A stretch of DNA of 64,000 nt from Candidatus Hydrothermarchaeum profundi (GTDB lineage: Archaea > Hydrothermarchaeota > Hydrothermarchaeia > Hydrothermarchaeales > Hydrothermarchaeaceae): the NCBI GenBank assembly GCA_002011125.2, contig MTMF02000009.1, forward strand, positions 1,032,989-1,096,988, in the 5' to 3' direction. The translations under genes and the position numbers were made by a program. This document shows positions 20,880 to 31,009 of this stretch, one piece after another (the stretch's first letter is position 1; each line of letters opens with the position of its first letter). Under the pieces are notes generated by a model that had not been told where the DNA came from, ran no database searches, and worked only from the letters and a program-made list of their open reading frames with translations.

Positions 20880-21908
20880 ATGAAATTGTTACAAAAACTC
20901 TCAGAAGCTCATGGAGTTCCTGGAGCGGAGAGAGAAGTAAGAGAAATAATGGAAGAAGAGCTGTTGAAGTATTGCGATGAGGTTGAAGTAGATAATATGG
21001 GCAATCTTATAGCTAGGAAAGGGGATGGAGAAAAGAAAGTGATGTTGTCCGCACATATGGATGAGATTGGTCTAATTGTAAAGCATATAGACAAGGAGGG
21101 TTTTATCCGGTTCGCTTCCTTAGGCGGTATATTTGATCAAACACTACTCAATCAGAGGGTTATAATTCACAGTAAGAAGGGGAGGGTAACAGGTGTCATA
21201 GGCTCTAAGCCTCCGCATTTAATGGATGAAGAAGAAAGAAAAAAACCTGTTAAAGCAAAAGATATGTTTATAGACATAGGAGCGGCGGATAATAAAGATG
21301 CAGAGAAGATAGGAGTTTCTGTCGGGGATTATATAACACTTGAAAGAAGCTTTAAAAAACTTGGTAAAAAACTAGTCACAGGGAAAGCCTTTGATGATAG
21401 GATAGGATGTTATGCTCTCCTTGAGGTGATGAGAAGAGTAGATACGGATTGGTTAGTATATGCCGTAGGTACTACGCAGGAGGAGGTAGGATTAAAAGGT
21501 GCAAGGACCGCTGCTTATAAGATAACACCGGACTACGCTATAGTATTGGAAGTGACTACGACCGGGGATTACCCGGGTGTAAGGGAAGAGGAATCAGCTA
21601 ACAAAATAGGAAAAGGGCCGGCACTTACTCTTGTAGACGCAGGGGGGCGTGGTTTAATAACTCATCCTAAAGTCCGGGATTTGCTAATAACGACTGCTGA
21701 GGATAACAAAATCCCCTATCAATTGGAAGTTGGAGAGGGTGGAACTACTGATGCTAGTGTTATCCACCTTACAAAGGAGGGAATACCCTCCGGGGTTATA
21801 TCTGTACCAACGAGGTATATACATAGTCCTGTAGAAGTCGCTAGTGTGAAGGACATTGAGAATATGATCAAACTCGCAACCTTGAGCTTAAAAGTGGGAA
21901 TAAAATAA
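20880..21908 (+). CDS. M42 (TET/FrvX) aminopeptidase
   Basis: [32 protein letters not shown]. Confidence 0.93.
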   Translation: MKLLQKLSEAHGVPGAEREVREIMEEELLKYCDEVEVDNMGNLIARKGDGEKKVMLSAHMDEIGLIVKHIDKEGFIRFASLGGIFDQTLLNQRVIIHSKKGRVTGVIGSKPPHLMDEEERKKPVKAKDMFIDIGAADNKDAEKIGVSVGDYITLERSFKKLGKKLVTGKAFDDRIGCYALLEVMRRVDTDWLVYAVGTTQEEVGLKGARTAAYKITPDYAIVLEVTTTGDYPGVREEESANKIGKGPALTLVDAGGRGLITHPKVRDLLITTAEDNKIPYQLEVGEGGTTDASVIHLTKEGIPSGVISVPTRYIHSPVEVASVKDIENMIKLATLSLKVGIK

Positions 21909-21946
21909 CAAGGTTTTTATGTTCTGAAAATCTTTTTTGGCGTAAG

Positions 21947-22276
21947 GTGGGATTAATGAAACTAGGGATAATTATCTACTCTAATGATTCTGAAACTGTT
22001 TGGAATGCTTTTAGAGTTGGAAATTACGCTTTGCAGCAAGGTGATAGTGTTAGGGTTTTTCTACTTGGAAAAGGCGTCGAATGTGAGTCTTTAGACACCG
22101 TAGAATTCAAAATTAAGGAGCAAATGCAATCTTTTGTCGATAACGGAGGGGAAATACTTGCTTGCGGTACTTGCCTAAAAATTAGGAAAAAAGAGGCATC
22201 AGAGATCTGTCCTTTATCTACGTTGAAAGATTTGTATACAATAGTTAGTGAAAGCGATAAAATATTAACATTCTAA
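21947..22276 (+). CDS. DsrE-family sulfur-relay protein
   Basis: VWNAFR, VFLLGKGVE, ACGTCLKIR, CPLST. Confidence 0.85.
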   Translation: MGLMKLGIIIYSNDSETVWNAFRVGNYALQQGDSVRVFLLGKGVECESLDTVEFKIKEQMQSFVDNGGEILACGTCLKIRKKEASEICPLSTLKDLYTIVSESDKILTF

Positions 22277-22290
22277 TTTTGGGAGGTTAG

Positions 22291-23922
22291 ATGGGTCTAT
22301 TAAAGATATTGAGGGTTAATCTCTCAAAGGAAAGTATTAAGGAGGAAGAGATTGAACAGGGAGATTTCATTGGAGGCAGAGGCCTTGGAGTGTATATTGC
22401 ATCGCGGGAACTTGATCCTAAAGTCGAAGCGTTCTCTGAAGGCAATAAGATAATCATATCTAACGGCCCATTAGCGGGTACTTTAGTTCCCTTCAGTGGT
22501 AGATGTAATGTAACAAGTAAGTCGCCACTCACAGGTACCCTATTTAGTTCTAATGCGGGAGGGATGTTTAGTTATGAGCTCAGCAAGACAGGATATGATG
22601 TCATAATAATTGAAGGAAAATCTAATGACCCAGTATATTTGAAAGTAGGAGACGATTCACAGATAGTTAATGCCACAGAGATATGGGGGAAAACTGTTTT
22701 TGAAACTCTTGAGTTCTTTAAAAAAACAGGACTTGAAAAAGGGAAGGTAGCATGTATAGGGCCTGCTGGTGAAAATTTAGTGAGATTTGCGAATATAATG
22801 GTACAAGGCCACAGAGCATTCGGAAGGGGCGGTTTAGGTTCTGTTATGGGGTTCAAAAAGCTAAAGGCAGTTGTACTGGACGGTTCTCAACATAAGAAGA
22901 AGAAATTCGAGGAGTTAGCGAGAGAATTAAGAAAGAAAATCAAGAGAATCTCAAGTCCACTTAAAACGCAGGGGACATCGAACATATTAGCAATAATTCA
23001 AGAGATTAGGTCTCTTCCTACAAAGAACTTCCAGCATAAGGAGTTCGAAAATGCGGATATGATAAATGGGGATGCTCTCAGGAAATATACGCTCCGAAGT
23101 GATACATGTTATTCTTGTATTATAGCCTGCAAAAGGATTACTCGTAGCGAGAGATATGGTATAGTTACAGATGGTCCGGAGTATGAGACTCTTGCAGCTT
23201 TTGGGTCGTACATTTGCAACTATGATATCGAAAGCATAATCAAAGCTAATGATCTTTGCGATAATATGGGAATTGACACTATTTCTATGGGAAGCGCTAT
23301 CGCACATTTCATGGAGGCCTCTGGGAAGTGGGGCGATTATGAATTAGCCCACGAGCTGATAGTTAAAACTGCGTATAGAGATGGAATCGGAGATAAGCTC
23401 GCAGAGGGTTCAGCAAGATTTGCGAAAGATATGGGTATTGAGGCGATAGCAGTTAAAGGAATGGATCTTCCAGCATATCATCCTCAAGGTCTATATGGCC
23501 AGGGTTTAGCGTTTGTAACGAGTAATAGAGGGGCGGACCACCTATATTCCTCTTATTATCTAGAGGAATTAAAAAGGAAAGATAGAGAAGCTCTTTCTAA
23601 AGAGAAGATTCCTGAGATTATCGCTAATGAAAATAAAAATGCAATCCTTGATTCGCTCATATTATGCAAGTTTTCACGGAGGTTTTACTCTATTGAAGAT
23701 TTCTTAAAGCTATTATCCATTACAATGTCTAGAGATATCAGTGAAGAAGAATTTTATGAGATGGGAGGAAAAATTATCACAGAAGAGAGAAGGTTCAATT
23801 TTAAAGCTGGAATAACGAAGGAGGATGTCTTGCCAAGTAGGATTTCGATCCCGGGTTTAAAAGAGGCGTTAAGAGAATATTACCTCCTAAGAGGATGGGA
23901 CAAGGAGGGGGCCCCTAAGTGA
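22291..23922 (+). CDS. tungsten aldehyde:ferredoxin oxidoreductase family (compact, 543 aa)
   Basis: GGRGLG, KSPLTG, IGPAGE, GRGGLG, CYSCIIAC, GPEYET, NRGADH, DSLILCKF. Confidence 0.9.
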   Translation: MGLLKILRVNLSKESIKEEEIEQGDFIGGRGLGVYIASRELDPKVEAFSEGNKIIISNGPLAGTLVPFSGRCNVTSKSPLTGTLFSSNAGGMFSYELSKTGYDVIIIEGKSNDPVYLKVGDDSQIVNATEIWGKTVFETLEFFKKTGLEKGKVACIGPAGENLVRFANIMVQGHRAFGRGGLGSVMGFKKLKAVVLDGSQHKKKKFEELARELRKKIKRISSPLKTQGTSNILAIIQEIRSLPTKNFQHKEFENADMINGDALRKYTLRSDTCYSCIIACKRITRSERYGIVTDGPEYETLAAFGSYICNYDIESIIKANDLCDNMGIDTISMGSAIAHFMEASGKWGDYELAHELIVKTAYRDGIGDKLAEGSARFAKDMGIEAIAVKGMDLPAYHPQGLYGQGLAFVTSNRGADHLYSSYYLEELKRKDREALSKEKIPEIIANENKNAILDSLILCKFSRRFYSIEDFLKLLSITMSRDISEEEFYEMGGKIITEERRFNFKAGITKEDVLPSRISIPGLKEALREYYLLRGWDKEGAPK

Positions 23923-24826
23923 GCTTTTTTAAAATGTTATCTAAAGCTGTTAGAATTTCCTCATAGCCATCTCCCCAATGCACGGTATATCCTAGGTGGC
24001 CATTAATCATTAGGGGACCGGTTTTATTTTTCAAACAACATCTCGTTATAAAGTATCCATCCACTTTATGCTTTCTAGGGCAGATATTATAAAATATAAA
24101 TCTCTTGCCAGGGAAGTTCTCGCTGAATACTTCTTTGGATACTTTGCATCCTATTAGAACTATTTTATCATTCTTTACGTCAAATTTTTTATCTAGGAAA
24201 ACAACTTTTGAACCATTAAGTACTTCCGGTATTCCTGAAGCCGAGCAAGGGAGTACAAGAAGAGAAGGTCTAAATTTTTTAGTTAATTCTCTAGCAATTT
24301 TTAAAATATTTATTCTTTTAAATTTAAACGATACCGGTATATCAAGTTGTGTTTTTCGGATGGTCTTTAAACTTTCCAGTAGTCTTGAAGGGTAGGGAGG
24401 GACAACATCTATAACATTAATAGTAGGAACTTTTTCAGGGACTATAGCAAAGTTCACATGATCATATTTCCCGAAAAAAACGACCCCCTTTACTCTCTTT
24501 CTCCTAGCTATCTCATGGGCAACTGTAAGGATTTCTGAATTACTAAGCGGATTTATTTTACTGCGAATAATCGCAGTATCCTCTGCCTTTGAGAGAACTT
24601 CTATTCCTTCAACTTTTCTCATAAAGGAAAAATTATCATTCGTTTTATCCAAAGGCTCCTCTTTTCTAACTCTAATGATTGTTGCATTGTCCGTCTTTTT
24701 ATTATAAAGAACAAGATATTCTGAAGAGAAATATACTTTCTTGTTTCTTGCTATCTCTCGGATTTCACGTTCATCATTTAGGTCTTTTTCAACTTCAACT
24801 AGCCCTACCATTTTGCAATGGTGCAT
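23915..24826 (-). CDS. conserved hypothetical protein with scattered Cys (PC, GC, ICP, RCC) and VHWG; possible Fe-S protein
   Basis: Preferred ATG at 24826, preceded by GAGG and just after the radical SAM stop. HVNF, DVVPP.P and VHWG motifs resemble a methanogen-associated uncharacterised family (recollection). Confidence 0.75.
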   Translation of the reverse strand: MHHCKMVGLVEVEKDLNDEREIREIARNKKVYFSSEYLVLYNKKTDNATIIRVRKEEPLDKTNDNFSFMRKVEGIEVLSKAEDTAIIRSKINPLSNSEILTVAHEIARRKRVKGVVFFGKYDHVNFAIVPEKVPTINVIDVVPPYPSRLLESLKTIRKTQLDIPVSFKFKRINILKIARELTKKFRPSLLVLPCSASGIPEVLNGSKVVFLDKKFDVKNDKIVLIGCKVSKEVFSENFPGKRFIFYNICPRKHKVDGYFITRCCLKNKTGPLMINGHLGYTVHWGDGYEEILTALDNILKKLT

Positions 24827-24828
24827 AA

Positions 24829-25794
24829 TTAAACCTCTGTTGGAGATAATTGACAGGCAGAACAGAGCCCGCACATAGTCTTTCCAGTATATATGAGCCC
24901 GTAATTATTGAGTATCTCCTTCTGACTTCTAGAAAGAAATAATATTCTAGCTGCATTTGGTCTTTCTGCTTTTCCCATTGTTGCTTCTATTAATGGAGCA
25001 CTATTTCTCGGCATTGTAAGAGGTCTTAGATGCGCTATAACCCCTATAGACGTCAGTTCTTCCAGCCCTCTTATTACGGTAGAATCACTTTCTCCTAACC
25101 CTATTATCACATTGGAGAATACTTTACCCTCACCGAACGTATTTACTGCTTCTTTGAGATGGTGAAGAATATACTCTAAGGACTTATTTGGGCAGACTTT
25201 TCTCAGGATTTTATGATCGAAACTCTCAATATTATATTTTATCTCATCTACCCCTGCTTGGAATAGTTTTTCTGAGGCACCTTCAGCAGGGTAAATTGAA
25301 ACTCCAATTGGACAATTGAATTCCTCTCTTAACTCTTTAACGATATTCACCATTTTTTCTAACTCTAGTGAGGGGGTTAGGGGTATTCCGGAGGTTAAGG
25401 AAATAGCCTTTAGCATGGGATCAACAGCAGCATTCCTAACAATTTTAATGACATCCCGATTATCTCTTTTTGCCTTTAACTCGCAGAATTTACAGCCATA
25501 GTTACAGGAAGTACTAACCATTATGTAGGCCTGTTCTGGGCAGTGAGATAACGGCTTCTCAAGCCTGCACTCCAAAGTTCTATCACCTAAGAAAATCCGA
25601 TTTTTTCCATTTTCGTTCTTGATTTTTAATTGTGAATCTTTAGATAGTATCAGTCTGATTCTCTGTTTGCCCACTCTCGCGAATAGGGATGGAGCACCAG
25701 CACCTGGGCCTCCTGAACTTATAGAAAGCATTTTTGATGGTATTCCCTCAGCATGTATTTCCCCAATAGCTAGGAGTTCTGCCTTAGATATCAT
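24829..25794 (-). CDS. radical SAM enzyme with extra C-terminal CxxCxxC
   Basis: GPGAG, HCPEQAY, CNYGCKFC, NVIIGLGE, C-terminal MCGLCSAC. Confidence 0.88.
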   Translation of the reverse strand: MISKAELLAIGEIHAEGIPSKMLSISSGGPGAGAPSLFARVGKQRIRLILSKDSQLKIKNENGKNRIFLGDRTLECRLEKPLSHCPEQAYIMVSTSCNYGCKFCELKAKRDNRDVIKIVRNAAVDPMLKAISLTSGIPLTPSLELEKMVNIVKELREEFNCPIGVSIYPAEGASEKLFQAGVDEIKYNIESFDHKILRKVCPNKSLEYILHHLKEAVNTFGEGKVFSNVIIGLGESDSTVIRGLEELTSIGVIAHLRPLTMPRNSAPLIEATMGKAERPNAARILFLSRSQKEILNNYGLIYTGKTMCGLCSACQLSPTEV

Positions 25795-26681
25795 AGTTCT
25801 ACTCCTTCATCTGGATCATTATAAAATGCTATTGCCGCAGCAGAACCTATAAGTCCCCTTTCTCCGGTTATAGGATATAATTTTATATTACATTTTTCTG
25901 AGATATCGTAAACAGAATTTAAATTTACTAATCTCCTTTTTACAAGCTTCCCGTAATCTCTTATTTCTTTTTTTAACTCAAAATCATTTAAAACAGCCAT
26001 CCCCGTGTTTTCTGAAAGAGTATTTTTTTCGAGCATAAGCTCAAACTTTTTAATTAAACCATCCACATCATTTGTAGCAAATTCAACAGCAGTACTAGCA
26101 CAGTTCTGTGTTTTATAGGGATTTTTGGAATAAAGTTGAACTATGGAGTGATAAAGATAGCTTCCAATACCCTCTTTCTCTATCATTGAAGCTATATTGT
26201 GTGTAAGAGACCATGTTGCACCTTTATTCTGATTGTCTGTGTCATCCACACCTACAACAACTCTCTCTTTTCTCGGTAAAACAAGTTTAGCTCTTACAAG
26301 GCTACTTCCTCCAGGTTCTCCAATCATCTCAGCACTAATGACTCCTTTAGCTTTCTCTCTCGCCGCTATACCAACGCTGCTTCCCCCTAATCCACAATAA
26401 CCTATTTCAACGATTTTATCTTCGATAGATACACTTTCTATGCCAAAGGGTGAAATGCTGGGTTGGAGATTAACCGGTTTTTCACCGACTCTTAGCCTGA
26501 ATCTGTTTTGGGTACCCTCCCTCCTAGCATCTATAATTAAAGGAGAAGTCCTTTTAAGATGATATACTATCCATGCTGAACCCCCCTGTGTTGGTGACTC
26601 TTCGATTAAGTCGACAAATTTTGCAGTTTTATCGACTATCGCATCTATTCTGCTATAGGATACCGACCATTTATGATCCAT
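25791..26681 (-). CDS. methanogenesis marker protein 11-like (DUF1743; TiaS-like GxDDTD domain)
   Basis: RTSPLI, YCGLGG, VGVDDTD...GATW, VQLY..NPYKTQNC, GERGLIG. Confidence 0.8.
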   Translation of the reverse strand: MDHKWSVSYSRIDAIVDKTAKFVDLIEESPTQGGSAWIVYHLKRTSPLIIDARREGTQNRFRLRVGEKPVNLQPSISPFGIESVSIEDKIVEIGYCGLGGSSVGIAAREKAKGVISAEMIGEPGGSSLVRAKLVLPRKERVVVGVDDTDNQNKGATWSLTHNIASMIEKEGIGSYLYHSIVQLYSKNPYKTQNCASTAVEFATNDVDGLIKKFELMLEKNTLSENTGMAVLNDFELKKEIRDYGKLVKRRLVNLNSVYDISEKCNIKLYPITGERGLIGSAAAIAFYNDPDEGVEL

Positions 26682-26696
26682 ATAAATTATCCAATA

Positions 26697-28058
26697 TTAT
26701 ATGTCCAATCCCATATTCGCGATATCTGATTTAACCTCGCTCCAGATCTGTAGATAGTCTGATGAAGGCGATATCTCTTTAGGCGAGTAGCATTCTGTAA
26801 AACTTTTTCCCTCAGGTATCCTACCTTCCAGAAGATTGTCTTCATAACGATTTATAAGTTCATTTAACACATCGTTAGCTTCTTTAATATCTATCTTTGC
26901 AGCAACTTCGCTCACTTCCTTAGCAACTCTAGCTTCCATTCCAGTATAATAATCTGTTTTTGCCCCTTTTGTTGCACCAGAGCTGAATATCATGTCTGCT
27001 CCGCATAACGTATCAACAATAGTTTGGGCAGCGATTTCATAACATAACATATCAGTACAAGGTTCTCCTCCGGCCCAGATCCAATTGTCAACAATAATAT
27101 CGAATCTTTTTTTAACAGCTAGTAGGCTAGAAGCTAGTACCCATAATGTGCCCTTCTCCGTACTTGTAGAGGTTCTTATGCTTGAGGGGGATGTGCCTGA
27201 TGTTGTAGCTCCTAACAGATAGTCAAGTATTATTTCCGCTGTGCTTACTATCGCAGTTTCCTCTGGTCCTCCTATATACCCCACCATGGGGCACTGGCTG
27301 GCTTCTAATATAAGTTTATTATGTTTTATGTAATATAGTCTGTTTAATAGATTTATATCTATTTTTAGCTCGTTTAGAGGCGCTAGATTGAACATGTCAG
27401 TTTCTCTCATCCCCCCCGGCGAGTAGCCCGAATTTAGAGATACTGCCGAAGTTCCAGACATAGGGCCTACGATACATAAACCCGGTTTCTGTGCTTTCTT
27501 TATAGCTTCTCTGATCAACCTAACTTCATGTAATACGGCTCCCACTTCTATAGGAGTCCCTTTCTTTATGCTAAGATTGTGGTAGGTTGTAAGGCATCCT
27601 CCTATAATCCCATCTATTTCTTCTTTTGCGTAGCTATATAGAACATCTCGATATATATTCTCTGAAACAGGGCAACCACATACTCCGCCAACAATTAGGG
27701 GAGCTTTTTTCTCTCCTATTTTTCTGGCAGTGATGTCTCTAAGCTCTTCCCCACTGCCGATCGATACAGTTGAAGATGCGTCTTTTAATGCAGTATGAAT
27801 CTCTTTTTCATTGAATGTTACTCGAGTAGAGGTTATCCCAGAATACTGTAAACCCACTTCGCATAGCAAGTCTACAGCAGCATCGAAAAGATTTTTAGTC
27901 AAGTTTTCATCTGTAGGTATTATCTCTGAAGGAGTATATTGAATCTCGTATTCATTTTTCAGTTCGGCTGCTTTTTTTAGTAAAATCATATCAAAGTCTG
28001 TCTCTGAAATTTGTTCTCCTCCTTCACATCTATTCCAGAGTTCAATAGCACTCTCCAT
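26697..28058 (-). CDS. MtmB-family (monomethylamine:corrinoid methyltransferase-like) protein without pyrrolysine
   Basis: MtmB-like motifs LNELKID, GYIGGPEETAIV, PCTDM..YE.AAQ, YTGMEAR, PEGKSFTECY; uninterrupted ORF; GGAGGT SD upstream. Confidence 0.88.
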   Translation of the reverse strand: MESAIELWNRCEGGEQISETDFDMILLKKAAELKNEYEIQYTPSEIIPTDENLTKNLFDAAVDLLCEVGLQYSGITSTRVTFNEKEIHTALKDASSTVSIGSGEELRDITARKIGEKKAPLIVGGVCGCPVSENIYRDVLYSYAKEEIDGIIGGCLTTYHNLSIKKGTPIEVGAVLHEVRLIREAIKKAQKPGLCIVGPMSGTSAVSLNSGYSPGGMRETDMFNLAPLNELKIDINLLNRLYYIKHNKLILEASQCPMVGYIGGPEETAIVSTAEIILDYLLGATTSGTSPSSIRTSTSTEKGTLWVLASSLLAVKKRFDIIVDNWIWAGGEPCTDMLCYEIAAQTIVDTLCGADMIFSSGATKGAKTDYYTGMEARVAKEVSEVAAKIDIKEANDVLNELINRYEDNLLEGRIPEGKSFTECYSPKEISPSSDYLQIWSEVKSDIANMGLDI

Positions 28059-28179
28059 GATCGTACCTCCTATTCTTTTTTATGTGTAGAAGATATATAG
28101 TTCTATTTATTTAGAAGTTACGAAAAGAAGGAGAGGGCATGTTTAAATCCTTAGAGAAATACTCAATGCTAGACTATTA

Positions 28180-28779
28180 TTAATGTGTTGCGTGGTCGAC
28201 ATCTTCAGGGGCTGCTGGGATGTAGATAGCTCCTTCCTTATCTCCTATAATCTGACATAGTCCTTTATCAGTTAGATAGGCGGTGTAGGCTGATATGACT
28301 GCGTCGAGTTCATGATGGTTAGATTTATCCAAAAACCCGTTTGGGTCACTTATAACTCTACTTATTTCTCGTATCAGTATCTTTCTTCCTCCAGAACTTT
28401 TCTTATTTATTTTAGTAGCTATACCTAACCTTCTTCTAGTTGCGTAGGGATATACCTCGATGCATTTTATACCTCGTTTTGTGAGTTCCTTTAAGATATA
28501 AATACCTGTTTTGGTGAGTTTAGAAAAATTTTTAGCTCCTGGAGGAAGACAGGGTATGCCCATCTTAAGAAGTAGCTTATCGCATTTTCTCCAAGGGCCA
28601 TTAATAGGTGATGTTAGTGGTGCATCAATCCCTACGAGAACACACGAATACTCAATTGTTTTTCTAATTACCTCTTTTAAACTTAAAATGTCCAAATATA
28701 ATAGTTCTTTTTCTTCATTTATAAGCGCGAATCCAGATTTTTTCGTAGAAAGATCGATTCCTCCGTAGTTCCTTATCAT
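28180..28779 (-). CDS. DUF429 predicted nuclease (RNase H fold)
   Basis: GIDL, GIDAPL, RKCD, IEVYP, HELDAVISA. Confidence 0.87.
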   Translation of the reverse strand: MIRNYGGIDLSTKKSGFALINEEKELLYLDILSLKEVIRKTIEYSCVLVGIDAPLTSPINGPWRKCDKLLLKMGIPCLPPGAKNFSKLTKTGIYILKELTKRGIKCIEVYPYATRRRLGIATKINKKSSGGRKILIREISRVISDPNGFLDKSNHHELDAVISAYTAYLTDKGLCQIIGDKEGAIYIPAAPEDVDHATH

Positions 28780-28887
28780 ACACTTACTTTATACTTTATT
28801 AAATGAAATACATTGAGCTTCTAACTACCGCAAGGAACATCTAAAATATATCTGTGAGATATTTCATTAAGGAATTTTCACATTACT

Positions 28888-29523
28888 TTAACCTAATTGC
28901 TCAACAATACCTACGCTTATCAGAGCTTTAACAGGCTTATCTCCCACGGTTGTTATGCCCTTTTTGTCTATCATTATAACTGCGGCTAACGGGTTAGCAC
29001 CCTGTTCTTCTAAAAAATTTATAGTATCTTTTATTGTACTGCCGGTAGTAGCGATGTCGTCAACTATTATAACATTCTTTCCTTTTACGTCTGCGAAGTT
29101 TGATAGTAGAAATCCGGATTGGTTCTTCTCTTTTTCCCTTTCCGGCTCCCATAGATGTTTTTTTGGCCTAATTACGGCTAAGGATGCGCCCATTTGTTCA
29201 GCAATTGTAGTCGCAATAGGTACTCCGCTAACAGCTATACCTGCGATGACATCCGGATTAGGAAGATTATGTTCTTTTATAATACTCTTAATCAGCTCAA
29301 CTAAAGCACATGAAAGATTCTTTAAAATTAATGGATTAGAACCAACATTGCTCCAATCAATATAAATGTCCTTAGGAGCTTTCTTCTTTTCTTCGGCTTC
29401 ATGAGTAACTAGCCAAAGGGCAGTTTCTCTAGAGATATTTAGTTCATCTGCGATTTCTCCGGTAGTAAATCCCTTCTCTTTCAGTTCATGTGCTTTTTTC
29501 ATTAGGTCAGCGATATTTCTCAT
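28888..29523 (-). CDS. HTH-phosphoribosyltransferase-like protein (PyrE-like / GfcR family)
   Basis: N-terminal GEIADELNISRETALWL, PKDIYIDWS and IIVDDIATTGST PRT motif. Confidence 0.87.
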   Translation of the reverse strand: MRNIADLMKKAHELKEKGFTTGEIADELNISRETALWLVTHEAEEKKKAPKDIYIDWSNVGSNPLILKNLSCALVELIKSIIKEHNLPNPDVIAGIAVSGVPIATTIAEQMGASLAVIRPKKHLWEPEREKEKNQSGFLLSNFADVKGKNVIIVDDIATTGSTIKDTINFLEEQGANPLAAVIMIDKKGITTVGDKPVKALISVGIVEQLG

Positions 29524-29527
29524 AAGC

Positions 29528-30019
29528 TCACCCCCTTACAATCTTTAGCTCTGAACCACAAACATCGCATCTCCCTTTATAGCTTGCTGGGAATTTTTTG
29601 CCGCAGCCTTTACATATAGTTTTCCATCTAAAGACTTTTTTTATTCCCATCTCGGTTATTGGTTTGAACTCTATGTCCATAATAGATGCCATGTTCTGTA
29701 TGTCGTAATCGTCAGTAATTATAGTGACCTTCCTTCCTAGCCTCAGTAAATGCCGTGCTAATGCTAGTACTTTAATATCAGTTTTTGATAGAAGAGCGAT
29801 ATCCCCTGAGTTCAATGCTACTCTCTTAACTTCTTCACAACATTCTTTGGAGGGTTTTAATATCTTTAGACTTCCTTCTCGTATGCTTACATCCACTCTC
29901 AATTTAGTGTTCCTATTCTTAATTTCCTTTAAAACCTCTTTCACAGTAAAGCATTCTTCTTGATAAGGTCTGACTCCCCCAATCAAGGCAGAAGAATCAA
30001 GTATTAGAGCCTTCTTCAT
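29528..30019 (-). CDS. nob1: Nob1 PIN endoribonuclease
   Basis: LDSSA, LSKTD, TDDYDIQN, zinc ribbon CKGC...CDVCG. Confidence 0.92.
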   Translation of the reverse strand: MKKALILDSSALIGGVRPYQEECFTVKEVLKEIKNRNTKLRVDVSIREGSLKILKPSKECCEEVKRVALNSGDIALLSKTDIKVLALARHLLRLGRKVTIITDDYDIQNMASIMDIEFKPITEMGIKKVFRWKTICKGCGKKFPASYKGRCDVCGSELKIVRG

Positions 30020-30210
30020 TATTCTTCCTTCTTAAATATTAAACCCGAATAGTAAAGTACTAAGAATGGAAAAAGGAGGAAAAATCCTACGATGCCAAAT
30101 ACTACTATTGGGGTACTCTCTGTCCTCCATCCTTGAATTATGAAGAAAAGAGGAACAACGCCTGTGATTATAATGATTATAATTTCATAACCTTTCTCTA
30201 ATCTTCTCAT
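30019..30210 (-). CDS. small 2-TM membrane protein
   Basis: Hydrophobic ORF filling the gap between nadK and nob1 on the same strand. Confidence 0.65.
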   Translation of the reverse strand: MRRLEKGYEIIIIIITGVVPLFFIIQGWRTESTPIVVFGIVGFFLLFPFLVLYYSGLIFKKEE

Positions 30211-31009
30211 AGAAGTCTCCCCCTATTTTAACAAAATAGGCTTTACTTCCTGACAATGTTAATTTAGCTTCTCCTCCAGGAGGAAGTTTTCCAGCAAGTT
30301 CTCCATCAACAACTACCAGAGCCTCTTTTTTTGGCATAAGAGCCCTTACCTCTATTGTTGAATTCCTTGGAACTACCAACGAACGTATTCTAGATCTAAA
30401 AGGAGCAATAGGCGTAATCACGAAAGCACTGACTCTAGGATCTACGATAGGGCCGCCAGCAGACATAGAGTACGCAGTTGAACCGGTAGGCGTTGAGATG
30501 ATTACTCCATCCGACTTAATGTCATCTACTACCTGATCATTTACGGTTATTCTAAAATAAAGCATTTTAACTGGCAACGAAGTCATTATTACAACTTCGT
30601 TTAAGGCATCCCCCACCTTTTTATTGTTTACTTTAACACTTAATTTATCTTTTTTTTCTATAATAAAATTTCCTTCAAGGATTTTCTCCAGCGAACCTTT
30701 CCAATACTTGGGTGTTATTTCTGTTAAAAAACCCATAGTGCCGAAATTTATCCCAAATACAGGTATTTTCTTTCCCTTGATCAATGAAACAGTTTTTAGA
30801 ATGGTTCCATCCCCTCCAAGGGTGATAATAATATCAACATCCATGTCTTCAATCTTTCTAGATTCATGTTGTAGATCCATTTTCCCTGCGCTCCAGTCGT
30901 CAACGTATACCTCTATTCCCCTAGATGTCAGAAATTTGTATATTTCCCTGCCTAATGCTATCGAATCATTCAGGCTTTTCACTACTAATCCTATTTTTTT
31001 GATTATCAT
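30185..31009 (-). CDS. nadK: NAD kinase
   Basis: GGDGT, GTMGFL, ALNE, STPTGSTAYSMSAGGP. Confidence 0.95.
   Translation of the reverse strand: MIIKKIGLVVKSLNDSIALGREIYKFLTSRGIEVYVDDWSAGKMDLQHESRKIEDMDVDIIITLGGDGTILKTVSLIKGKKIPVFGINFGTMGFLTEITPKYWKGSLEKILEGNFIIEKKDKLSVKVNNKKVGDALNEVVIMTSLPVKMLYFRITVNDQVVDDIKSDGVIISTPTGSTAYSMSAGGPIVDPRVSAFVITPIAPFRSRIRSLVVPRNSTIEVRALMPKKEALVVVDGELAGKLPPGGEAKLTLSGSKAYFVKIGGDFYEKIRERL

Noticed and set aside
27467-27469. Out-of-frame TAG inside ATC GTA GGC at the MtmB Pyl site
   Set aside because: The reading frame matches MtmB motifs on both sides without a shift, so the TAG is an incidental overlap of Val-Gly codons.
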